Origin: Malacoraja senta | Taxonomy: Eukaryota | Length of the DNA: 64,000 nt | NCBI GenBank assembly: GCA_038087875.1 | Contig: JAXLNO010000079.1 | Location: 124,001-188,000, forward strand | Direction: 5' to 3' | In this document: one piece after another, positions 37,560-51,269 of the stretch | How the letters are laid out: every line of letters begins with the position of its first letter | How positions within the stretch are numbered: position 1 is the first letter of the stretch | Made by a program: the position numbers and the translations under genes | Notes under the pieces: generated by a model | The model's input: only the letters and a program-made list of their open reading frames with translations | What the model was told of the DNA's origin: nothing | Database searches by the model: none

Positions 37560-39570
37560 CAGGTAGGAGAGACTTTATTAGAACTTAAAAGGAGAAAAAT
37601 AAAGCTTGTAAAGCTGTACACATGAGGGATGTGTGGAGCGGTATGAAAAGCATCACAGGCTACAAGACCAGTGGCCTGGGGAGGGAAAGTAATCAGGACT
37701 GGGTCAATGAGCTAGATTAGTAGATTTGATAGTCTCTGCCCACCCTCCCCCCTGCTCCCCAACAGACTCTCCCCCTCAATCCCGCTGGTCCACTTCCTCT
37801 GTATTTGTCGCACCTGACCATCAAGGCTGAGCAGGTGAGGAAGGAGCTGAACAGACTCCGCCCAGGCAAGGCAACGGGTCCCGATGGTGTCAGCCCTAGG
37901 GTACTCAAGGCGTGTGGCAGCCAATTGTGCAGAGTACTCCAGCATATCTTCATATCTTCCTGTGATGTGGAAGACATCCTGCCTGGTTCCTGTACCAAAG
38001 AGGACGCGTTCCAGCTCCTCCAATGACTACAGGTCGGTGGTGCTGACTTAATGCATCATGAAGTCCCTGGAGAGGCTGGTGCTCACTCACCTGCGACCCC
38101 TGGTTAAACCCTACATGGACCCCCTGAAGTTCACTTACCAAACAAAGATGGGGGTTGAGAATGCCATCATCCACCTGCTCCATCGTTCCTATGCTCACCT
38201 GGATATGTCGGGAAGCACTGTGAGTCATGTTCTTTTACTTCTCCAATGGTTTTAACACCATCCGACCTGCACTGCTTGGGAGCAAACTGACAAAGATGCA
38301 GGTGGATGCTCCATTGGTGTCCAGGATCACCAACTACCTGACTGGACGACCACAATATGTCAGGCTACAGAACTGTGTCTCGGACATGGTGGTGGGCAAC
38401 ACAGGGGCCCCACAGGGGACGGTCCTCTCTCCCTTCCTGTTCACCATCTACACCTCGGACTTCAGATATAACTCGCCCTCCTGCCACCTGCAGAGGTTTT
38501 CAGATGACTCTGCAATTGTGGGCTGCATCAGTGAGGGGAGGGAAGCTGAATACAGAGGTGTAGTCAACAACTTTGTTAAGTGGTGGGGGCTGAATCACCT
38601 GCAGCTCAACACTGACAAGACTAAGGAGTTAGTGGTGGACTTTAGGAGGAGAGGAACACCCCTGTCTCCATCAATGGTGCAGATGTGCAGTTTACCAGGG
38701 AGTACAAATAGCTTGGAGTGTACCTGGACAGTAAACTGGACTGGTCCAGGAACGCTGAGGCCCTGCACAAGAAGGGACAGAGCCGGCTCTATTTTTTGAG
38801 AAGGCTCCGCTCCTGCAACGTCTGCAGTAAGATGCTGCAGATGTTCTACCAATCGGTGGTGGCCAGTGCCATCTTCTTCGCTGTCGTGTTGCTGGGGCAG
38901 CAGGGCGAATGCTGCAGATGTTCTACCAATCGGTGGTGGCCAGTGCCATCTTCTTCACTGTCGTGTTGCTGGGGCAGCAGGGCGAAGGCTGCAGATGCCA
39001 ACAGGATTAACAAACTCATCAGGAAGGCTGGCTGCGTCCTGGGGGCGGAGTTGGATTCATGGGAGGTGGTCTTGGAGGGGATGCTCCTCCTCAAACTGCG
39101 GAGCATCTTGGATAATACAGCTCACCCCCTCCATGACACACTGGCCAACCTGAGGAGCACCTTCAGCAACAGACTAGTTCCACAAAGATGCAGCACAGCA
39201 CGCCTCAAGAGAACCTTCTTCCCTGTGGCTATCAAACTGTACAACTCCTCCCCCTTCTGTTGTGGGGACAGAGACTGACTCCCCTCCCCAATCTTTGCAC
39301 ATCCCCAATCCTTTCCACTCTTCACTTTAATTTCATATTTCATGTATCTTCTGTATTATGACTGTTGGCAGATCAATTTCTCTTCTGGGATAAGTAAAGT
39401 TCTATCGTATGGTATTGTATTGTAGAAGGTGTGGTATAAATAAAGTTCTATCGTATGGTATTGTATTGTAGAAGGTGGGGGAATAAAGTTCTATCATATG
39501 GTATTGTATTGCAGAAGGTGTGGGATAAATAAAGTTCTATCGTATGGTATTGTATTGTAGAAGGTGGGGG
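37560..39570 (+). mobile_element. Rex1/Babar-like LINE, frameshifted, with reiterated tail
   Basis: KATGPDGVSPRVLK, GAPQGTVLSPFLF, RFSDDSAIVG motifs. Confidence 0.9.
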
Positions 39571-40023
39571 AGATATGGTAAAAACTAGTGACCGTGTCGA
39601 TAAACCATAAACAAGGTTTACTGATAAGTGAGTGAGTGGAAAAAGTTCCATGGTGAAAACATAGATAGAAGTACGCAGACAAAGAAATGGGAGTTGCGAA
39701 ATGCAGAGCAGAACAAGCCCAGATGATCAGGCTGGGCACGTCCTCCACTCCCAGCTGGAAAATTATCAATCTTGGGCATGCTATTTCTTTAACAACATTA
39801 ACAATCACCTAGGTCCAATAGAAATTATTACATCTCAAATATAAAATTTGTAAGTGTTGAGAGAATCTTGAAGTATAAATTTCACCAGCAAAGAAATATA
39901 GTTTGCCATCAAATTTGTAGTTGATGTCTTTACAAGTATAGAGAATTTATCAAAAGATTCCACTATCACCATGCGTAGAAGCAAAGGTAAGGGAATTTAC
40001 GGCAGTAGCAGTATACGAAACTA

Positions 40024-40680
40024 TTCATTCTTTAGGGAACGGGGGTTCCCCTCTTCTATTATAGATGAGGCTCTCACCAGGGTCTCCACTATATCCCGCA
40101 GCTCCGCTCTCACTCCCCATCCCCTTACTCGTAACAGAGTCCCCCTTGTCCTCACCTTCCACCCTATCAGCCGTCACATACAATCTATAATCCTTCAACA
40201 TTTTCGCCACCTCCAACGGGATCCCACCACTGGCCACATCTTCCCATCTCCTTCCCTTTCTGCTTTCCGCAGAGACCGTTCCCTCCGTAACTCCCTGGTC
40301 AATTCGTCCCTTCCCACCCAAACCACCCCATCCCCAGGTACTTTCCCTTGCAACTGCAGGAAATGCTACACTTGTCGCTTTACCTCCCCCCCTCGACCCC
40401 ATCCAAGGACCCAAGCAGTCTTTCCAGGCGAGGCAGAGGTTCACCTGCACCTCCTACAACCTCATCTACTGCAACCGCTGTTCCAGGTGTCAACTTCTCT
40501 ACATTGGTGAGACCAAGTGGAGGCTTGGCGATCGCTTCACCCAACACCTCTGCTCAGTTCGCAATAACCAACTTGATCTCCCGGTGGCTCAGCACTTCAA
40601 CGATTCTGAATCCAACTTTTCTGTCCTGGGCCTCCTCCATGGCCAGAGTGAGGCCCAGCGCAAACTGGAGGAACAGCACC
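40024..40680 (+). mobile_element. Penelope-like element fragment (RT C-terminus and GIY-YIG endonuclease)
   Basis: FFRERGFP, TFPCNCRKCYTC; after a frameshift NLIYC..CSRCQLLYIGETKWRLGDRFTQH...VAQHFN. Confidence 0.9.
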
Positions 40681-40924
40681 ATCGGAAGTCCAGTGCAGGT
40701 TACAACAAAAGTGTGACATTCAAAAACAGTGCTATGACAAGACAAGTAGGCCGCTTTAGGGGCAGGTGGTTCGTTTGCAAACTGACAAAGGCCATGACTG
40801 TATCGGTGTAATTTCTGGAATAGCTTCTTAGCCACGCTCATATCTAGTCAGTGCCGATGGCGGCACCTACAGAACATCGCAGAACCTAACAGACAACATA
40901 TCCTGCCTGTGAATGAGCCGACAG

Positions 40925-43420
40925 CACAATAGACAATAGGTGCAGGAGTAGGCCATTTGGCCCTTCGTGCCATTCAACGTGATCATGGCTGATCATTCCC
41001 AATCAGTACCCCGTTCCTGCCTTCTCCCCATATCCCCCGACTCCGCCATCCCTAAGAGCCCTATCTAGCTCTCTCTTGAAAGTATCCAGAGAACCGGCCT
41101 CCACTGCCCTCTGAGGCATATAATTCCACAGACTCACAACTCTCAGTGAGAAAAAGTTTTTTCTCATTTCCGTTCTAAATGGCTTACCCCTTATTCTTAA
41201 ACGGTGGCCCCTGGTTCTGGACTCCCCCAACATCGGGAACATAGAAACATAGAAAATAGGTGCAGGAGTAGGCCATTCGGCCCTTCGAGCCTGCACCGCC
41301 ATTCAATATGATCATGGCTGATCATCCAACTCAGTATCCTGTACCTGCCTTCTCTCCATACCCCCTGATACCTTTAGCCACAAGGGCCACATCTAACTCC
41401 CTCTTAAATATAGCCAATGAACTGGCCTCAACTACCTTCTGTGGCAGAGAATTCCAGAGATTCACCACTCTCTGTGTAAAAAATGTTTTTCTCATCTCGG
41501 TCCTAAAAGATTTCCCCCTTATCCTTAAACTGTGACCCCTTGTTCTGGACTTCCCCAACATCGGGAACAATCGTCCTGCATCTAGCCTGTCCAACCCCTT
41601 AAGAATTTTGTACGTTTCTATAAGATCCCCCCTCAATTTTCTAAATTCTAGCAAGTACTATCCAGTCTTTCTTCATATGAAAGTCCTGACATCCCAGGAA
41701 TCAGTCTGGTGAACCTTCTCTGTACTCCCTCTATGGCAAGAATGTCTTTCCTCAGATTAGGAGACCAAAACTGTACGCAATACTCCAGGTGTGGTCTCAC
41801 CAAGACCCTGTACAACTGCAGTAGAACCTCCCTGCTCCTATACTCAAATCCTTTTGCTATGAATGCTAACATACCATTCGCTTTCTTCACTGCCTGCTGC
41901 ACCTGCATGCCTACTTTCAATGACTGGTGTACCATGACACCCAGGTCTCGTTGCATCTCCCCTTTTCCTAATCGGCCACCATTCAGATAATAGTCTACTT
42001 TCCTGTTTTTGCCACCAAAGTGGATAACCTCACATTTATCCACATTATACTGCATCTGCCAAACATTTGCCCACTCACCCAGCCTATCCAAGTCACCTTG
42101 CAGCCTCCTAGCATCCTCCTCACAGCTAACACTGCCCCCCAGCATCGTGTCATCCGCAAACCTGGAGATGTTGCATTCAATTCCCTCGTCCAAATCATTA
42201 ATATATATTGTAAATAGCTGGGGTCCCAGCACTGAGCCTTGCGGTACCCCACTAGTCACTGCCTGCCATTCTGAAAAGGACCCATTTACTCCTACTCTTT
42301 GCTTCCTGTCTGCCAGCCAGTTCTCTATCCACATCAATACTGAACCCCCAATATCGTGTGCTTTAAGTTTGTATGCTAATCTCTTATGTGGGACCTTGTC
42401 GAAAGCCATCTGAAAGTCCAGGTATAACACATCCACTGGTTCTCCCTTATCCACTCTACTAGTTACATCCTCGAAAAATTATATAAGATTCGTCAGACAT
42501 GATTTACCTTTCATAAATCCATGCTGACTTTGTCCAATGATTTCACCACTTTCCAAATGTGCTGCTATCCCATCTTTAATAACTGACTCTAGCAGTTTCC
42601 CCACTACCGATGTTAGACTAACTGGTCTGTAATTCCCCGTTTTCTCTCTCCCTCCCTTTATAAAAAGTGGGGTTACATTAGCTACCCTCCAATCCTCAGG
42701 AACTACTCCAGAATCTAAAGAGTTTTGAAAAATTATCACTAATGCATCCACTATTTCTGGGGCTACTTCCTTAAGTACTCTGGAATGCAGCCTATCTGGC
42801 CCTGGGATTTATCTGTCTTTAATCCATTCAATTTACCTAACACCACTTCCCGGCTAACCTGGATTTCACTCAGTTCCTCCATCTCATTTGATCCCCGGTC
42901 CCCTGCTATTTCCAGCAGATTATTTATGTCTTCCTTTGTGAAGACAGAACCATAGTAGTTATTCAATTGTTCCGCCATGTCCTTGTTCCCCATGATCAAT
43001 TCACCTGTTTCTGACTGCAAGGGACCTACATTTGTTTTAACTAATCTTAACATGTTTCCTGCCTCCAGCGTGTCCAAACCCTTAACAATCTTATATGTTT
43101 CAATAAGATTCCCTCTCATCCTTCTAAACTCCAGAGTGTACAAGCCCAGCCGCTCCATTCTCTCAGCATATGACAGTCCCGCCATCCCGGGAATTAACCT
43201 TGTAAACCTACGCTGCACTCCCTCAATAGCAAGAATGTCCTTCCTCAAATTAGGGGACCAAAACTCCACACAATACTCCAGGTGTGGTCTCACTAGGGCC
43301 CTTTACAACTGCAGAACGACCTCTTTGCTCCTATACTTAACTCCTCTTGTTATAAAGGCCAACATGCCATTGGCTTTCTTCACTGCCTGCTGTACCTGCA
43401 TGCTTACTTTCATAGACTGA
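40925..43420 (-). mobile_element. Nested CR1 LINEs: a younger copy (about 41240-43048) inside another (about 40925-41240 plus 43049-43420)
   Basis: RT motifs; the outer copy breaks at gggaacat and resumes at aacatgtttcctgcc. Confidence 0.9.
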
Positions 43421-43422
43421 TG

Positions 43423-43690
43423 AACTAGAGGAGCAGCACCTCATATTTCACTTGGGTAATTTACACCCCAGCGGTATGAACATTGATTTCTCCAATTTCA
43501 GATAGTCCTTGCTTTCTCCCTCCTTCCCCTCACCTTCCCAGCTCTCCCACAAGCCTACGCTCTCCGCCTCTTCCTTTCTTCCCCCCCCCATCAGTCTGAA
43601 GAAGGGTCTCGACCCAAAACGTCGCTTACTTGTTCTCTCCATAGATGCTGCCTCACCCGCTGAGTTTCTCCAGCATTTTTGTTTACCTTT
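43423..43690 (+). mobile_element. Penelope-like 3' end
   Basis: LEEQHLIFHLGNLHPSGMNIDFSNFR* followed by a pyrimidine tract and the ctgaagaagggtctcgaccc motif. Confidence 0.8.
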
Positions 43691-43691
43691 A

Positions 43692-44402
43692 TGGGCCTGT
43701 CCCACTTCGGCTATTTTTCAGGCGACTGCCGACAGTCGCATGAAAAAACAGCAACTGGAACGGCGACTGTCAGAGTGGAACATGCACGCACGCACACACA
43801 TCGCTTCCTTCACCAACCCGTTATGCAGGCAGGAGACAGGGCAAGCATGGGGAACGCTGTCTGAGTGAAATTCACAAGTTGCAAGGCCAAGGTGATACAG
43901 ACACACACCGCGATGAACAGGAAGGTTGGCGCTGTAATTAAGACGGTGAAAGCACAGTGTAAGGTAAGTCCTTTAAAAGAGGGGGGGAGAGGGGGAGAAG
44001 GAATGGAGACAACTTTTAAGAAGCCAGAGATACACGGTTGTGAAGCTCGGCGGACATTTAACATTACCGGTCGGTTATCCATGGTTCTGAAAACTACTAC
44101 TTACGTTTTTTTTTCCCAATGAGCCAATGAAATTCACCGGTCAGCGCCGGCTACGACCTACCGGAACCTACAAGAACCTTCAATCTTCTGACATCCCACT
44201 AGGACCTCCCAGCGACCCACCTACGGCACGAGAATTCTCGCTACTCAACATGTTGAAAAATGTGCGGCGACCATAATGAGGCCGCGACCAGTTCCCAGAA
44301 TGCGGGAACTCCTTACGACCATGAAGGCGACTCTCCGGCAACCACCCGCGAACATGTGGCGACTGCATAGTCTCCTGCAGTCACCTAAGTGGGACAGGCC
44401 CA
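43692..44402. mobile_element. PIF/Harbinger-like MITE
   Basis: 16-bp TIRs tgggcctgtcccactt / aagtgggacaggccca; flanked by tta / tga; no ORF. Confidence 0.8.
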
Positions 44403-44979
44403 TGAAAGGTATGATGAAGGTGGGACAGCACCATCTGCTGGATGCAATGTTTAACAACATGCCACTAGGTAGCCAAATCAGCACACTATACACAAGAAAA
44501 GACAGTTACTTTAACAGAATGCACTGTTTACAATGATAAATCTACTTGTTTTGGTATTATAGATATGTGCCCCCTTGTAGATCATGTTATGAGTCATACT
44601 TTGTAGCTACAGCCACTCGTTTAACAAAAAGCTTCTCAGCCCTTTCTCCCTCAGTCTTGAGTTACATATTAAGATGAAGGTACCTATGCTGTAACGCAAA
44701 TAAAGTCTTTGGATCTTAATGACTGTGTGTGACTTAAGTTATTCCAACAGCAGAAGCTCAACATGGTGTCAGAGTGTACGGACTCACTCCTTCCTTAATT
44801 ATATTGCTTTTGTTTTAGTTTGTTGTTTTCTCCGGTATATATTACTATGGCTTCTGCTCTCAGAAAACCAGAGATCCTGGTGTTTGACGAGGACCTCGCA
44901 GAATGGTGGCGCATATTTGAAGAAGATTTCTAAATTTACATTGAAGCAGCTCACCCTACTGCTGCTCCCGGTGTTCAAG

Positions 44980-45955
44980 CGTCAATTCAAGTCAAGAATC
45001 AAGTCAAGAATCAAGTTTCCTTTATTGTCATTCAGACCTTTCGGTCTGAACGAAATTGTGATGCCTGCATTCATACACAGAACCAATAATAACAAAACAT
45101 ACAATAAACACAAATTAAACATCCACCACAGTGAGTTCACCAAGCACACCCTCACTGTGATGGAGGCAAAGTCTTAGTCTCCGTCTCTTCCCTCCTTGTT
45201 CTCCCTCTGCGCTGAGGCGATCGATCCAGGCCGAAGATGCCGCCCTCCAGTCCAGCGGACCTCCGTGGTGATGTCGCCGCCGCCGAAAGCCGGAACGCCG
45301 TCTCCGCTCCGAGACGGCCCGCCACAGCATCAGCCCCGGGTCCCACAGTCTCCGCTCCGGGCCACCGCCCCAGCTCCAGGCCCCGCAGTCTCCGCTCCGG
45401 ACCCCGCCGCATCAGCTCCAGGTCCCGCAGTCTCCGCTCCGGACCCCGCCGCACCAGCTCCAGGTCCCGCAGTCTCCGCTCCGGACCCCGCCGTATCAGC
45501 TCCAGGTCCCGCAGTCTCCGCTCCGGACCCCGCTGTATCAGCTCCAGGTCCCGCAGTCTCCGCTCCGGACCCCGCTGCATCAGCTCCAGGCCGCCGCCGA
45601 AAGCCAGAACGCCGCACCAGCAAGTCGGGCCACCGCTGCCTCAGCCCCGAAGACGGCCAGCATCTCGTTGGTAAGTCCTGGCTGGCTCTGCCTCCGTAGC
45701 CTCGGGGTCGGTCGCAGGATGGAGGCGGCCAGCTCCGCCATTAGGCCTCACCGCAGACGGAGGCAGGGAAGGGGGATACAACACGAAAAAGTCGCATTCC
45801 CCGAAGGAGGAGACAGAGGACATGTTTCTCCCCCCCTAACACAAACCCAACAAACTAAAACTTAACAAAACAGGACAAAAAAAAACAACAGAAAAAGTAA
45901 AAACAGACGGACTGCAGGCGAGCCGCAGCCGATTAACAGCGCCGCCACTTCCGGA
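44980..45955 (-). mobile_element. GC-rich non-autonomous retroelement containing a 42-bp tandem repeat (about 45335-45600)
   Basis: Same tail as 5453-5683; unit resembles cagctccaggtcccgcagtctccgctccggaccccgccgcat. Confidence 0.75.
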
Positions 45956-45962
45956 ATTCTTC

Positions 45963-48880
45963 TTAGACAATAGACAATAGGTGCAGGAGTAGGTCATTCG
46001 GCCCTTCGAGCCAGCACCGCCATTCAATGTGATCATGGCTGATCATCCACAATCAGTACCCCGTTCCTGCCGTCTCCCCATATCCCCTGACCGCTATTTT
46101 TAAGAGCCCTATCTAGCTCTCTCTTGAAAGCATCCAGAGAACCTGCCTCCACCGACCTCTGAGGCAGAGAATTCCACAGACTCACAACTCTCTATGAGAA
46201 AAAGTGTTTCCTCGTCTCTGTTCTAAATGGCTTACTCCTTATTCTTAAACTGTAGCCCCTGGTTCTGGACTCCCCCAACATCGGGAACATGTTTCCTGCC
46301 TCTAGCGTGTCCAAGCCCTTAACAATCTTATATATCCTTCTAAACTCCAGAGTGTACAAGTCCAGGCGCTCCATTCTATCAGCATATGACAGTCCCGCCA
46401 TCCCGGGAATTAACCTTATAAACCTACGCTGCACTCCCTCAATAGCAAGAATGTCCTTCCTCAAATTAGGGGACTAAAACTACACACAATACTCCAGGTG
46501 TAGTCTCACCAGGGCCCTGTACAACTGCAGAAGGACCTCTTTGCTCCTATACTTGACTCCTCTTGTTATAAAGGCCAACATGCCATTCGCTTTCTTCACT
46601 GCCTGTTGTACCTGCATGCTTACTTTCATAGACTGATGAACAAGGACCCCCAGATCCCGTTGTACTTCCCCTTTTCCCAACTTGACGCCATTTAGATAGT
46701 AATCTGCCTTCCTGTTTTTGCTACCAAAGTGGATAACCTCACATTTATCCACATTAAACTCAATCTGCCATGCATCTGCCCACTCCCCCAACCTGTCCAA
46801 GTCACCCTGCATTCTCATTGCATCCTCCTCACAGTTCACACTGCCACCCAGCTTTGGGTCATCTGCAAATTTGCTAACGTTACTTTGAATCCCTTCATCC
46901 AAATCATTGATGTATATTGTAAATAGCTGCGGTCCCAGCACCGAGCCTTGCGGTACCCCACAAGTCACAGCCTGTCATTCTGAAAGGGACCCGTTAATCC
47001 CTACACTTTTTTTCCTGTCGGCCAACCAATTTTCTATCCATGTCAGCACTCTACCCCCAATACCATGTGCCCTAATTTTGCCCACTAAATCTTCTATGTG
47101 GACCTTATCAAATGCTTTCTGAAAGTCCAGGTACACTACATCCACTGGCTCTCCCTTGTCCATTTTCCTAGTTACATCATTAAAAAATTCCAGACTATTA
47201 GTCAAGTATGATTTCCCCTTCATAAATCCATGCTGACTCGGACCGATCCTGCTACTGCTATCCAAATGTACGGCTATTTCATCTTCTATAATTGACTCCA
47301 GCATCTTCCCCACCACCGATGTCAGGCTAACTGGTCTATAATTCCCTGTTTTCTCTCTCCCGCCTTTCTTAAAAAGTGGGATAACATTAGCTACCCTCCA
47401 ATCCACAGGAACTGATCCTGGATCTATAGACCATTGGAAAATTATCACCAGTGCATCCACGATTTCTAGAGCCACATCCTTAAGTACCCTGTGATGCAGA
47501 CCATCAGGCCCTGGGGATTTATCAGCCTTCAGTCCCATCAGTCTATCCAACCATTTCCTGCCTAATGTGGATTTCGTTCAGTTCCTCCGTCACCCCAGAT
47601 CCTCTGGCCACTACTATATCAAGAAGATTGTATGTGTCCTCCTTCGTGAAGACGGATCCAAAGTACCTGTTCAACTCATCTGCCATTTCCTTGTTCCCCA
47701 TAATAAATTCACAATTTTCAGTCTTGAAGAGTCCAACCTTGGTCTTAACTAATTTTTTCCTCTTCACATACCTAAAGAAGCTTTTTCTATCCTCCTTTAT
47801 ATTCTGGCTGGCTTACCTTCGTACCTCATCTTTTCTCCCCGTATTGTCTTTTTAGTTATCTTCTGTTGCTCTTTAAACATTACCCAATCCTCTTGCTTCC
47901 TGCTCATCTTTGCTCTGTTGTACTTCTCTTTTATTTTTATACTGTCCCTGACGTCCCTTGTCAGCCACTGTCGCCCCTTACTCCCCTTGGAATCTTTCTT
48001 CCTCCTAGGAATGAATTGATCCTGCACCTTCTGTATTATTCCTAGAAATACCTGCCATTGTTGTTCCACTGTCATTCCTGCTAGGGTATCTTTCCAGTCA
48101 AATTTGGCCAGCTCCTCCCTCATGGCTCCATAGTCCCCTTTATTCAAATGTAACACTGACACCTCCGATCTACCCTTCTCCCTCTCCAATTGTAGATTAA
48201 ACCTGATCATATTATGGTCACTACCTCCTAATGGCTCCTTAACCTCAAGTTCTTTTATCAAATCTGGTTCAGTACATAACCATTTTTTTTTTTGTATTTT
48301 TTTTTTTGTTTTGAACTAATTACATGTCTGCACTGAGTACGAGCTGCTTTTAATCTCATTGTACATGTGTATGGTGACAATAAAATGGCATTCCATTCCA
48401 ACACTAAATCCAGAATTGCCTTCTCCCTGGTAGGCTCCAATACAAGCTGCTCTAAGAATCCATCACGAAGGCACTCCACAAACTCCCTTTCTTGGGGTCC
48501 AGTACCAACCTGATTTTCCCTAGTCTACCTGCATGTTGAAATCTCCCATAACAACCACAGCATTACTTTTGCTACATGCCAATTTTGACTCCTGATTCAA
48601 CTTGCACCCTATATCCAGGCTACTATTTGGGGGCCTGTAGATAAGTCCCATTAGGGTCTTTTTACTCTTACAATTCCTTAGTTCTATCCATACTAACTCC
48701 ACATCTCCTGTTTCAATGTCACCCCTTGCAAGGAACTGAATTTAATTCCTCACCAACAGGGTTACCCCACCCCCTCTGCCCGCCTCTCTGTCTTTTCGAT
48801 AGGAGGTATACCCTTGGATATTCAGTTCCCAGCCCTGGTCCTCTTGCAGCCATGTCTCTGTAATTCCCACAACATCATAC
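45963..48880 (-). mobile_element. Long CR1 LINE (endonuclease to 3' tail), decayed
   Basis: IYRPPNSS, VMGDFN, ILDLVL, SDHNMI endonuclease motifs plus RT; small insertion at about 48272-48395. Confidence 0.95.
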
Positions 48881-49574
48881 TTGCATACCACCTCCGTATT
48901 ATCCAGACCGTAGAAGTGTACTGCCGTCCGTGCCCAGCGGCATTGATCCGCCTACACCAACCCACTTCAGGAGTGGCTGCTTTGCCAGTGGCGACGCCCC
49001 CTCCGCCTTTGCTGCAGTCCCGTTTCATCACCGGGAATGCTGGTTCAATCTCTGTCACCTGTGAAGCCACCGGCTCTGTCCCCAGTGGGGGAAAACGGAG
49101 ATGGTCTTTATCGCACACGATCTGGTCGTGTTTGCAAGCCCACCGTGAAGTACCCGGGCTATGTTTGACTTTCCTCCAGCATATTATCAATTGCTTTGGC
49201 TGCCTTATTTAGTCAATGGTTTTGTACTGATATTTAATTCTTTAAGAGGGAGGATGTAGATCAGTGTCACTCATGTTATGAGTCATACTTTGAAGCTACA
49301 CCCACTCGTTTAACAGAAAGCTTCTCAGCCCTTTCTCCCTCAGTCTTGAGTTACGTAATAAGATGAAGTTACCTATGCTGTAACGCAAATAAAGTCTTTG
49401 GATCTTAATCACTGTGTGTGACCTAAGTTATACCAACAGCAGAAGCTCGACACCCCTCATGTATACAGAAAATAGTAACTACCAACCATGCCTATGGCCC
49501 ACACACAAATATAGAGCGATACATCATGGAAATAAGATGTAGATAAATATTTGTCTATTTTGAACTGGTGATTT

Positions 49575-49615
49575 AAGGGGTGCTGCAAGGCTCGGTGCTG
49601 GAACCCCAGTTAATT

Positions 49616-49655
<40 letters not shown>

Positions 49656-50615
49656 TAAACGATTTAGACGAGCAAATTAAATGTAACATCTCCAAGTTTG
49701 CGGATGACACAAAGCTGAGTGACAGCGTGAGCTGCAAAGAGGATGCTATGAGGCTGCAGGGTGATTTGGATAGGTTGGGTGAGTGGGCAGATGCATGGCA
49801 GATGCAGTTTAATGTGTATAAATGAGAGGTTATCCACTTTTGTGGCAAGAACAGGAAGGCAGATTATTATCTGAATGGTGTCATATTAGGAAAAGGGGAG
49901 ATGCAACGAGACCTGGGTGTGCTTATACATCAGTCACTGAAAGTAAGCATGCAGGTACAGCAGGCAGTGAAGAAAGCTAATGGCATGTTGGCCTTCAATG
50001 CAAGAGGATTTGAGTTTAGGAGCAAGGAGGTCTGACTGCAGTTGTACTGGTGAGACCGCACCTGGAGTATTATGTGCAATTCTGGTCTCCTAATTTGAGG
50101 AAGGACATTATTGCTATTGAGGGAGTGCAGTGGAGGTTCACCAGGTTAATTCCCGGGATGGCGGGACTGACATATGATGAAAGAATGGGTCGACTGGCCT
50201 TGTATTCACTGGAATTTAGAAGGATGAGAGGGTATCTTATAGAAACATATAAAATTCTTACTGGATTGGACAGGCTAGATGCAGGAAAAATGTTCCCGAT
50301 GTTGGGGGAGTCCAAAACCAGGGGTCACAGTTTAAGAATAAGGGGTAGGCCATCTGAGATGAGGAAAAACTTCTTCACCCAGAGAGTTGTGAATCTGTGG
50401 AATTCTCTGCCACTGATGGCAGTGGAGGCCAATTCACTGGATGTTTTCAAGATACAGTTAGATTTAGCTCTTAGGGCTAAAGGAAACAAGGGATATGGGG
50501 GAAAAAGCAGGAACGGGGTACTGATTTTAGATGATCAGCCATGACCACATTGAATGTCGGTGCTGGCTCGAAGGGCCGAATGGCCTACTCCTGGACCTAT
50601 ATTTTCTATGTTTTC
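49575..50615 (+). mobile_element. CR1 LINE fragment with internal (AT)n expansion
   Basis: KFADDTK and RPHLEYYVQFWSP motifs; (at)n at about 49619-49653. Confidence 0.92.
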
Positions 50616-51098
50616 TAGTACATTTTAAATCGATGATATAAGTATATCTGTGTTGAGAAAACTTATTCAACTTGGCAGTTACTCCTGTAAATTTTCCCAA
50701 TATTAAACACTCGAACGGTAAGACAGCACAGATTAGATGACTCCTTTACATCCTATAAATACTGTTTAACTGAAGCATTAACTTAAACGGAGTGAATTAA
50801 TAGCAAGAAGAAAACTTTAATCCATAACTTTATAGTTGCAATATTTTTTATGTATGCTGCCAAAAAGCAATTGTTCAACAACTAACCTAGTAAATATTGG
50901 AACAAGTATATAGTCCAATAAAAAGTTTGAATAAAAAAATATAGCTACAAGAACCATTTTTTAAATCAATATTTTTGATTATATACATTAGCAGAAGAAA
51001 GATACAAATATTTATGTACAAAATTCACCAAATTTAGTAATAATCTATTAGCCATTTGAAAATGTTAATATGAACCTCACTGTTTATATTTAACTTAC

Positions 51099-51269
51099 AA
51101 GTTTTCCTCCAGCATTCTTCAAAGGATAGATGGCAAAAAGAACATGAAGGTTAAACTCCAGTTTCTGAAGCACTTGATCATTTTCTCGAACATGAGGAGA
51201 AATGTGCTGCTCCCAAATTTTGAAGAATGCCTTTCTATTTCCATCATCAAATGCTTCAAATAAATCTTT
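51099..51269 (-). CDS. armc9: ARMC9 coding exon 3 (171 nt)
   Basis: KDLFEAFDDGNRKAFFKIWEQHISPHVRENDQVLQKLEFNLHVLFAIYPLKNAGGKL; caacag acceptor, gtaagt donor. Confidence 0.95.

Larger units (their letters stand above)
44576..49452 (+). mobile_element. Second Gypsy-like LTR element, internal region mostly replaced by nested insertions
   Basis: LTRs 44576-44763 and 49255-49452, TSD cccct, PBS tggtgtcagagt, PPT aagagggagga, gag start MASALRKPEILVFDEDLAEWWRIFEEDF at 44847. Confidence 0.92.

Noticed and set aside
45115..45699. Repetitive Pro/Ala- or Arg-rich ORFs
   Set aside because: They arise from a 42-bp GC-rich tandem repeat within a non-autonomous element.
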